DNA of 64,000 bases, taken from Paraphysomonas bandaiensis. Lineage: Eukaryota > Protista > Chrysophyceae. Of the stretch, positions 54,025-64,000 are shown in pieces. Position 1 is the first letter of the stretch. Each line of letters opens with the position of its first letter. The stretch is from NCBI GenBank assembly GCA_965644295.1, contig CBFFRP010000362.1:62001-126000 (forward strand), in the 5' to 3' direction. The notes under the pieces were generated by a model. That model made no database searches and was not told where the DNA came from. It saw only the letters and a list, made by a program, of their open reading frames with translations. Position numbers and translations under genes: made by a program.

Positions 54025-55632
54025 TCACACTCGGCAGACATAAGATGAGGACAGCGTTACGTATCTCACCCATCGATAAGGGTTATACGACTTGTGAGTC
54101 TCAGATATTCGCAGATATTTTACTTGAAGATTCGATACATTGTACATCGGAATCTCAAACGTCATCGCTACTGGCCCTATTTCCCGCTTGTGACTTGCAT
54201 TTGCAGGCTGATCAAGAGTCAGCTTCACCCTCATGGCCAACTCTGAACCCCCTACAAGCTTCTTTATAGTCCACTGCACACGCTTACTCCCCGGAATATA
54301 CTCCGCTGAGCTTCCTGGTATATTCACAGACATCTCGAATGCAACACTATAGCAGTGATCGAAATATATTAATTGAGTTCCATGAAAGATAATAACATGT
54401 CGACCATATAATGGAAATACATGCTACAGTTCCATTACCTTGCAGTGCATCTAGGAACAGGAATGTTCACTACTACGTTCGAACCGTGGTTGCCTTCAGG
54501 AATCTCTGATCGTATCATACATAACACTTCCAGTTTATACGGTCCGCTCTCCTCAATGGCGGGGAATATTTTGAATGGAGATTGAAAATCTCCAGTAATG
54601 CGGTAGTTTAGAACCGTAAATTCTCCATCTACATTTACACGTCTATTAGTTGCTTGAAATATATGCAGTAAGCATGCTATCAGAAGCATGAAGAGTAATG
54701 TTCGGGAAGATAATCAGATAATCAACATACCTGGTGGAACGAAATGCAGAGTTCGCTGTGACTCAAACTCGTCCAGTCTCACACACTCGTGAAAATTGCA
54801 GTCATCAAGCACAACAGATCCATACTGCGACGTTCCTTTACCAATTACAAGGTCTTCATTGAGCGCCAAGCGTAGCTCCGGATTACCCGAGAGGAATGAT
54901 TTCATCTGAATGGCTCCATCAATAGAGGAGTTTACTACAAACCCATTAGCATTGAAGAGGACAGTCAATTTCTCAACAATATCAACGTAGATTTCATTCT
55001 TCGACTTTGATGACCGATTCGCAAGCGCAACTGGAAGATTTGCTGCGCTGGACGGCTTAGATTTGCCTGTACCAATAGACTGCATTATATTCAATGCCGC
55101 AGTCTGTGGCTTGATAATAACAGCATCATTGTGCACAAAATTCTTTAGAGATTCTGTTTGAGTACTCTGTGGATAACCGAAGTCCAGCATTTCATCCAAT
55201 AATTCATAGATTAGAGTAAAGTTACGGCGAATAGCCTCTTCAGTCAAAATACCGCAGTAGTCCTTTATCACCTTCGCAATTCTGTTTAATAGCTCAAGAG
55301 TAGTAGCTGGAGACACATTCAATCTATATTTTTCATCTTATAACTATAACGTGAGAAGTTTATACACTCACCGTGTAGTGCATGCCATCAGCAGACTGTT
55401 ACGACGAATATAAATATAATTAAATCCATCTAAATGAAAGATCGGAGGCGCGTCTCCTCTCTCCCAAAATTTCACCTATAGACACTATGATTATCTTACT
55501 AAATACATAAGATTTATAATGTACTTTTCTAAAGAAATCCTCATGCATAGTGGGGTGCTCATCGCCACGAAAATCTTTACTGATTATACAGTCTCCTCTA
55601 GGCGATAGTATGAAAAACTGAGAGATCGTCAT
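54025..55632 (-). CDS. AP4M1: AP-4 adaptor complex mu subunit, 5 exons
   Basis: ISQFFILSPRGD, IYELLDEMLDFGYPQ, LDDCNFHECV and FEIPMYNVSNLQVKYLRI...YNPYRWVRYVT are typical of mu4. Confidence 0.9.
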
Positions 55633-56134
55633 TGTCAATGCGTCCTATTGCAAAGACCTGTGTCTCTAATTAGTTGAGACTTGTCCACAGTGCATGGAGG
55701 GGGTGTTATGGGAGGCAACTGTGGCAATGGGAATCATATACAAGCCTGCTGTATACGCTCTATGTACAGCAGTATCCATATATACACTGCTCCACCTACA
55801 CACCTGCTCTAAAAGGCCCATCACTGAAAACAACTGTCTGTTGAAGATATTCACCAGGAATGTTAAGAGAAACCGCCTTTTCGGCATAAAACTCTACTGA
55901 AAGTGTCGATTCAAGATACGATTGAAGTCACCAAAGAAGTGACAAAAGTTGGTGTGATTGACTATATATACGTACATATACAGCAGTAGTATATATATCT
56001 ATATGTGTATGTGTGTATGTGTGTATGTGTGTGTGTATGTGTGTGTGTATGTGTGTGTGTATGTATGTGTGGGTTGCTGTCCTATCAATTCCTCATTGTT
56101 TATCTCTGGCTTGATATATCTAGCCAATCTCCTC

Positions 56135-58478
56135 ATGTTCCGCTTCGCTGTATTGCTAGCAGGTGTAGCTGCCTGTATAGGCACCCCATTGGACGACTAT
56201 GTGTGGGCCCAGGACGATCATTACTCGTGGGTGGACATGAGTGACTCCGCCCCTGAGTATAAGCTCTCTGGTCACAATCTACTCAAGACCAAGTCATGGA
56301 CTGGATATGTACTGAACATGACATCACTGAAGTGGCTCAATGATGAGGACTTCAGTCCTGATTCGCAGGCGAAGAGGTAACAACACATCTGTATATGAGG
56401 CTGTGTGTGTGTGAGCTAACCACTGCTGTTATCTTCAGTATCTGGTGGCACTATCTCGTTGTGATCGTCCCCGACAAAGTCAAATACACACGTAATGCAT
56501 CCATATGGATCACTGGTGGTTCTATGGGTAGCAGCGTGCCAAAGGCCACTGACGAAGACGTGTTCCTCTCCGCTGCGTTAGCCATGGAGACCAGCACTAT
56601 CACAGGTTGCCTCTTCCAGATCCCCAATGAGCATATCACTTTTGCTGCTGATCCTATCCAGAAGTCTCGGACTGAGGATGCCATTATTGCCTATACTTGG
56701 GTAAGTTGTATAATTTAGCTAATTTTGTTGGCGATATCATTGAGACTGCTTGCTATCAATTGCAAATGCATTTTAAATTGTTAACCCTAGGACCACTTCC
56801 TCAAAGATACCTCGCAACCCGAGTGGCTTCTCCGTTTTCCGATGGTAAAGGCTTCCCTTAGAGCTCTTGATACTATTACTGCCTTTGCCGCGAAGAAGTT
56901 TCCTGAGGAGAACTATCAATTGGACTATTACACCGTAGCGGGTTAGTACTGCTGCGCTAGGCCACCAACCTTGTTTATCTATTCACTTTGTTGAGTGTGT
57001 GGTCGTATGTACACGTTGCGTATGTCACTTAATGGGTATATATAGGTGCATCAAAGCGAGGATGGACTACTTGGGATGTAGGGGCCGTCGATCCTAACAG
57101 GTGCATTATGCGTTCTACACACAACATCTAACGCGGTGGGTTTGTAGGGTCAAGGTCATTATCCCTATAGTATTGGATGCCATCAACTTTGTTGATGTCG
57201 AGCACCATCAGTGGCGATCTTATGGTAAGTAGCTCACCGACTAACATCCTGCAAGATATTTTAGCACCCTCAGCAATCGCTTTAATCTGAATTCCCTTTT
57301 ACATTGTTGTGGCTGATGATATCGGTATAGGCGGCTGGAGTTGGGCACTGCAGGATTACCTCGATATGGACATAATGGTATAATTTTGATCGAGAAATTG
57401 CTCTCTGCGTCCCTGGCTTATATATTATACTTAGACTCGTCTGGATATTCCTGAGATGGAGCAGTTGCAGGCTAACGTGGACCCATTTTGGTACAAGGAC
57501 AGATTGACCATGCCGAAGCTTGTGGTCAACGCCGTCCTGGATGAATTCCAACAGCCTGACGAGTAAGTAAAGCTGGTAGTAGGCGATATTCAGATGGTGA
57601 CATCGGCTATACATAGTCTACATCACACTCTGTTTTTGTTGAACGATATCCTTGTGTGAGCCCTAATTTGTCTTCACAACTTAGCTTGTACAATATGCTC
57701 ACTTGTTTTTGTTTTATACTTCAGTACCCACTACTGGTGGAGTGAAATGCCAGAACCTAAGCACTTCATCATGACCCCTAATGCGGAGCATTCGGAAGCC
57801 ACTGGTATCCTTGAAATCGTTCCGGCTATCGGCACGTATATCTCATACCACCTCCATGAATGGAAGGTCCCTGAATTCACCTGGGAGATCAATGAGGAGA
57901 CTGGTGCTATTACAGCCACTCTAGATGACATTGGAGAGGTCAAATTACCATGCGCAATGCTCGTTTCAGCATGCAATAGTTATTCTCATATTGGCATGTG
58001 ATGTATTTCTTGCACTGGAGTCGTTATTTTATGCGATCACCTTAACGTCTGTTATCAGGTATTCGAGGCCTCTATGTGGTACGGTTACTCTTGCGGTACT
58101 AATGCCGATGGCACTAAGCGCCGCGATTTCAGAATCATGCACATGGATAACCCATGCGAGTGCGGTATCAGTGCCCAAGGATACTGCCTCAACCTCAAAT
58201 CCTTCTGGACGCGTGTTATGTTGGAGGGCACTGTGACAGAGGACGGAAAGCGCCAGTACACCGCTCATATGGATGCTCCAGAGGACGGCCGTTGGGTCGC
58301 GTACTTCATTGATATAAAGTATAAGGCACCCCGTCGTGATGACTTGTACGTCGGCAAAGATATCTTGCCAAAGGACAAGTATGGACGTTTGGAGTTTACT
58401 TCTGAGGTATCTATTTTCCCCAACACATTTCCGTACGAAGAATGTACTGGCCAGGGTTGCGCGGGCTCAGTCGTCTAA
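56135..58478 (+). CDS. Secreted PqaA-family (PhoPQ-activated / Dictyostelium AprA-like) alpha/beta-hydrolase-fold protein, about 10 exons
   Basis: Signal peptide; TPLDDYV, LNMTSLKWL, IWWH, QIPNE, RTEDAIIAYTW, LRFPMVKA and spliced GASKRGWTTW. Confidence 0.88.
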
Positions 58479-58718
58479 GGACTCTGCACTTTTAAGTCGT
58501 TCATAAGATTGCACTCATAATAGCTAAAATGTGATGCAATCCTCTTTGTTACGTGTGACCATATTTTATATGGACGCGGCCATAAAATTTGAAGTAATTA
58601 AATGATGAAGTCATGTTACCTACGTTGTATGTGTATCCGTTTACTATTATTTCTCAGAAATGTTGCTTTGTGACATTCTCTGTGATTCGGTAGTTCAAAC
58701 GTCTCAACTCCTAAATAC

Positions 58719-59375
58719 CAGGGCATGCAATTTTAATTAATTGTAGTTGCAATTAAATTGCATGGAGCATACGTAATAATTGCAATTTAAATTGCTCGCT
58801 GTAAGGTTGCAATTAATTGGCAATTATTAAACTATATAGTATAAGAGCACATAATATTAGAATTAGAAGCTGCAAAACATTAAGGACGATGGCCATTTAT
58901 TGCCCTTAATGGCTATTACAATATAGTGGGAAGGTTGGCCTCTCATTATAACGTTTTCTTTACATTAAGAAAGGTACTGTTTTTTTTTGAACGGTCGATT
59001 ATGAGCTACAAAACTTAGTTCAGCTCGATCCATAGTGTATATGTAACGCTCAATACCCCTTTAGTTGAAGATATATATCTATATGTAGTGTGGCAATCAT
59101 GTTCTTCAGATCCTGGATGCCTGACAGGACAGTGCAGGATTGAAGTTCACTACGAACTGGATGTGCAGCGGTATGGACATGGATTATCAGGGCTTTGTAC
59201 TGTTTTTTGCAGACGAAACCCTGGATATTTATAGAGTTTTGACCATGTAAATATCATACTCCGTCAATTATATCATCATACGGTTGAAGATGCTATACGT
59301 GTTTGCAAGGAGTAACGAAGTTAATCAGACAATAATTGGCACAATTAAATTGCAATTGATTGTTACGCAGCCCTG
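58719..59375. mobile_element. hAT-type MITE (657 bp)
   Basis: CAGGGC...GCCCTG termini, subterminal AATTGCAATT arrays at both ends, and an 8-bp TSD CTAAATAC / CTAAATGC. Confidence 0.85.
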
Positions 59376-60041
59376 CTAAATGCAAGCAGCACATTGTTAG
59401 ATACCGACATAATACGCCCATATGGATGATCAGAAATATCAGGGACGTTAGATTTGTGACGTATAGTGTATAGTTAACTGTTAGGACACTCCCGGCCTTC
59501 CTAAGTCTCGAATGAAACCTTTCGTTATTTTCTTTCTTGTTCTCACAAACACTCGTGCAATGACTTCTGGTACCAACTTTTATTGTTGATCAATTCAGGG
59601 TGATTGAATTACAACATATTGATTGGTTGGACCGGCCAAAAATTCCATCAATGTTTAACTAGCTCACAATACTGCAATCAATATTTTGATATAGTCATAT
59701 AAGAAAGGCTTTTTAACTGTTTGGTATAAAATATAGAAAAAGTCTATGTTCTATATCACTCGCTCCGCGCATGTACACTGCTTCTCTACATATAATATAC
59801 AGTATATATACCACATATATTATACTGATAAGAAGTGACACCTGAACGATGAATGCTTACAAAAATAAAGATATTTACAGCTGCTTTTGGTAGTAAACTG
59901 TCAATGAGCTCAGCTGTAGCAAAGAGAAGAGAAACAAGCCAATGGATGTGACGAAACCTGACGAAGGCATAAAGTCTCGCTCTCATTTAGACCTGCTGAT
60001 GAAGAAGTTAAAGCAAATTCGTAATACTTCTTTTCTACGTG

Positions 60042-60147
60042 ACTAACCTGGCAAAACAATTCATACAATTTATAACTAGTGCTTAACACTGATATATCCT
60101 ACTATTAAACGCTACGAAAGCTGCTTGTGCGTCACCGCAAGCACTAA
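60042..60147 (+). repeat. Near-identical local copy of 60450-60553 (core of the dispersed repeat)
   Basis: Identical except for a 2-bp TA indel. Confidence 0.95.
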
Positions 60148-60329
60148 CCAGTCTGCTACCAGAAAGGATTAATGATGGTCCTCTATCTTCAGGTTCTGCT
60201 CAAGTGGTTGCGTAAAAGAGATCCTGTATCAAGAATCAAAGGCCATCGGATGCAGTGACTGATATGACACCAACTGCTCAACAGAATTCCGATATCACCG
60301 CCCTACTGATATCACCTACGACTTGAGAA

Positions 60330-61535
60330 ATGTACTTCCAATACATGTGAACGCCTGATCAGTGCAGCTAGACTTATTTATCTCAGTGCTGCGCAAACGT
60401 ATGCAGTATTGAAAGTCTGACTATTAGCAATAGGCGTGTAAGAGTCAGAACTAACCTGGCAAAACAATTCATACAATTTATAACTAGTGCTTAACACTGA
60501 TATCCTACTATTAAACGCTACGAAAGCTGCTTGTGCGTCACCGCAAGCACTAAAGTGTGTGTAATCACTTTCTCTCTCTGTCCCTGAGGTGAACTAGCCC
60601 GGATGCTTGACTTCAACCGTAAGCCCAATACCCCGGTTGCCCTTCAGGTGGGCCTATTTCCGGATGCCTGTTTATTCGTCATGGTCCAAAGACGTCTACA
60701 CAAGTGACACAAATTAGTGTCTCTTGTACCACACAAGCAATTGTCTATGAGTGGGAAGAACAATATCTACTGAGTATATATGCGGCTCACGTTAGTTTCC
60801 CGGAGAGATATCTCCGTACTTTTAGTCCCCAGAACACCAAGAAAAGGCGCGAGTCCGTCTTTATTGAGGAAAAAGTACGCATTCTACTACACTTTATTAG
60901 AATATGGATCTTATTCTAGTGTATTCAGTATGTCACTTGAAGACAATGTACGAGAATACAGTGAAATATAGTGATGTACAAATGCTGTGATGATATTGAG
61001 AAACTGAAATAGTTTGATCTTTCAAGATATGTTCAGTAACGAGAGGTTCGCATATGTAGGATATTATGCATGGATAAAAATGAGTTAGTGTTGGTTATCA
61101 CAACTTCGTGTAAACGATATTAATAAATCTATCTACTAGTCTTACGACAAATTCTCTCTGTGATCTAGCTTAAAATGAGCAATTTCCAATGCACTTAATA
61201 TCATGATGCTGTTTCTGGAGGCTAATCGGCATTTGTGGCCGAATGCATATTTCAATTAATTTCGAATGAATGGCACAGAGAATGAGTTGAGGAAAGGTGT
61301 GACTAGCTAAGTAGTAGGTAGTCTTTGTCTGTCAGCATAGTGGATTTGGTTATCAGTTACCATGTAATCTTAATGACTAGTACTAAAAATGGAATCTACG
61401 CATAACGCATATGTTTCACTACTGAATACGATACTACCACATTGCAATAGTATTGTTGGGTCAATTTAAAACTCCATCACAATTATTGGTGAGACGCTAT
61501 TTTGCAAAGTATTGCAATATATTGTTCTCTAGCCT
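60330..61535 (+). mobile_element. Degenerate hAT 3' end interrupted by dispersed-repeat copy C (about 60407-61186)
   Basis: CTSNTCERLISAA at about 60332 and LFLEANRHLWP at about 61209. The 3' region is homologous to the reverse complement of 6898-7230. Confidence 0.7.
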
Positions 61536-61599
61536 CTTGGATCAATTACATGGCTACTTCATATTTTTGTCTTCTGGTTTCATTCAAATAAGAAAAAAA

Positions 61600-61786
61600 C
61601 TAATATACGCACTCAAATTGATGGTATTAAATATTCCAATTAATTACAATAATATACAATTAATGGAAGAAAGTTTTGATCAATTATAATTGCAATTATT
61701 ATTTGCTGTCCCAATTTCAATTAGTACAATACCAATGATAATAAGTGACAATTAATTGAAAACCAATTAATTATTATGCAGCCCTG
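61600..61786. mobile_element. Orphan right end of the hAT MITE family seen at 58719-59375
   Basis: CAATTA-rich subterminal repeats end in GCAGCCCTG. Confidence 0.6.
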
Positions 61787-61920
61787 ATTGTTAGTGATGT
61801 TTCCATGGGAGCTACAATGTACGAAAATACGTAGCAGCAAAATGTATTAGCGTCATAATCATTCAATAATACACAGCAAACACCAAGGCAGTAGTGCGTT
61901 TCTTTCGTTTATGGTATATC

Positions 61921-64000
61921 TTAGTTCGTGTAGTTGAGTTGAGAATCCGAAACAAAGTGTGTCCCACCAAGACACTGGTACCCTCCTGAAACTTTCTTCC
62001 ACTCGAAGTTTGCAGGACACCGACCAATCAGTTTGACGCGCTCCATCTTAGACGCTTCAAGACGCTGTCTCTCTTCTTCACGCAGACGCTCTTTCTTAGC
62101 TTTCTCGGCTTTTTCTATAGCTTCTTCTATCAATCGACGACGTTCCTCTTCCTCTTCGATACATCGAATTAATTCGGTTACGTTGGGTAATAGTATACAA
62201 CACTGTCGACGCAGCATCAGCGAGACTCTATCCGGAGAACTAGATACTTTTCGTGCTACCATAGCAGTCAACTCCTCAGGAATATTTTGGCTTCGGAGAA
62301 TATCCCTTGTAACATAAATACTGTATCCCATTTCAGCCAATGCAGAGTCCAGTGCATATAATACATCGTCGTCTGAGCAGTTAATCTCCTCTACCGCTTC
62401 CATATCCTCGATATTTTCTTTACAGTCCTCAGTAGGCAACTCTCCAAATGATATATTTTCCATTGTTTGGATACTGGGAACTCCAGAATCACATTGTACT
62501 GCCTCACATATAGCGTCGGGTGCATTGAATCTTATAGTTTCACAGTCTCCCTTGTGTGGGGTTGAGTCCATAAGTGGGCGTTGGCTGCGCATGTCCAGCA
62601 GGGCCGTGGTAATATCCTCTTCCGTGTAAGTCCCCTCAACAACCCCGTTCTCGTCACATCTCCCCTCACGAGCCGACATCATTTTATCATGAAGGGTAAC
62701 GACGTCACCAGCATTCCCCCAACCGTCCCGATGACTCAGGTCTGCAAAACCGTCCAATAGAACACTATGATACGCCTCTGGCAAACGGTTACCTTCTCGA
62801 TTACAAAGTTTCGATAGCAAATTCAAGCAGTCATGTGGGGTCCATGCCTCAAAGGGGATTTTTTCTGTGATTCTCCGTCTCAACCCTTCGTTAGAACGGA
62901 GGAGCTTATCTATGTCAGCAGCATATCCAGCCAGAATGACGATCATGTTTCCGGCATACTTTGGATCGGTCATATTAGCCAGAAGTTTTTCCACCGCATC
63001 CCGCGAGAATGCAGAACGAGAGGAGTCCAGACCATATGCTTCGTCAATGAATAACACTCCGCCACGTGCCTCATCCATTTTAGCATTTACGAGCGGTGCT
63101 GTCTGTCCAACATAGGAACCGATGAGGTCCATGGCCTTTACCTCTACAACATCTGAGCTGGACAGGAGTCCCAAATTATGAAACACTTCTCCAAAGGCCC
63201 GCGCCACAGTAGTCTTGCCTGTGCCAGGAGGACCAACAAAGCAGAAGTTTTTTAATATATTCTTAGGCTCTTTTCCGTTATATCGAGCCACTTTAATTCT
63301 CTTCTCGATTTTCGTTATGTAATTTCGGATGTTGTCCATGTTGCATAGGTGATCCAACACAGCCACAGCACTGCCCTCACTGGTCACCTCAAACAAATCT
63401 CTGTCTACCAGCACCCATCGACCGTCCTTCTTCTCCCTGTCTGGGCGATTCATCATGCGCTCCTTTCCATGGTCTAGGAGATTGTTAACAGCGCCAGCAT
63501 TTCCAAAGTTTGGCTTTGCGCGTTGCTTTGCGAGAACTTTGACGACGGCTTTCTGGGCCAGCTCTTGAGTTAAATACAGCCCTGTCTTTAGTGCCTTCTC
63601 CATCATGATACTTACCAACTGATCGTCATCGTAATCATCGAAGTGAAATGCATCTTCATACCTAAAGCGACGGGCTAGACCTAAATATATACACATAACT
63701 ATTGGAATAGATAATTTCTCAAAATACAAAGTCGTAACCTGGATTTCCATCTCGAATCATAGCGGACATTTGATCTTTATATCCACATAAAATGACAGCG
63801 AAATCTTCTCCGGGGGTCCCCTGCACCCTTTCTACCAGCACATCTAGAGCTTCTCGACCATACGTCGTTGTGGAAAGGACATAGGCTTCATCAATTACAA
63901 GAACTTTACCCTTAACTGAATCTAGCAGACTGTTAACTTGTTGCGCTGTAGCGCCCACAACTGAGCCTGTCATTTTGCTTGCACCGATTACCGTCACCTC
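61921..64000 (-). CDS. Multi-CbbX/CfxQ-type AAA+ ATPase protein, 5'-truncated by the window edge
   Basis: Two AAA modules are visible (VLVIDEAY; GPPGTGKTTVAR...YVGQT...GVLFIDEAY), with FGNAGAV/WGNAGDV lids and a C-terminal CPANFEW...GYQCLGGTH motif. Intron at about 63681-63737. Confidence 0.88.

Noticed and set aside
164-58478. Alternative genetic code or non-canonical introns to explain fragmented ORFs
   Set aside because: Every junction traced was explained by ordinary GT-AG introns with the standard code.
60042-60553. CRISPR-like repeat-spacer or TRIM LTR pair
   Set aside because: There are only two copies, about 105 bp long with about 300 bp between them, in a eukaryotic context. They lack TG..CA ends, a PBS and a PPT.

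Overview
This is a gene-dense, intron-containing eukaryotic nuclear window with short GT-AG introns, mostly about 45-240 bp. The gene repertoire fits a stramenopile protist, possibly chrysophyte-like, but that assignment is inference only. About 15 protein genes can be spliced by eye: a C69 peptidase, a type-I membrane protein with Lys/Gly and Asp-rich blocks, coilin, a Trm1-like/beta-helix fusion, an AP2 factor, a TerD-EF-WD40-EF protein, a TKL kinase, a large pseudo-SNF2/AP2/FHA protein, a ZnF-TruA-like/2OG-Fe(II) oxygenase fusion, a head-to-head pair of cyclin Y-like genes, an NHA antiporter, a kinase with three EF-hands, AP-4 mu, a PqaA/AprA-like protein and a partial CbbX-type AAA+ protein. 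Three intergenic islands (about 6.9-8.8, 41.2-43.2 and 58.7-61.8 kb) hold nested mobile DNA: a copia remnant and matching LTR, hAT remnants and MITEs, a Mutator-like element, and an unclassified repeat with a conserved hairpin core. The most interesting signals are two unusual RNA-modification enzyme fusions, the TerD and pseudo-SNF2 architectures, a possible biomineralisation protein, and the structured repeat that was hit twice by the same LTR family. All family calls come from motif recognition; no database searches were run.
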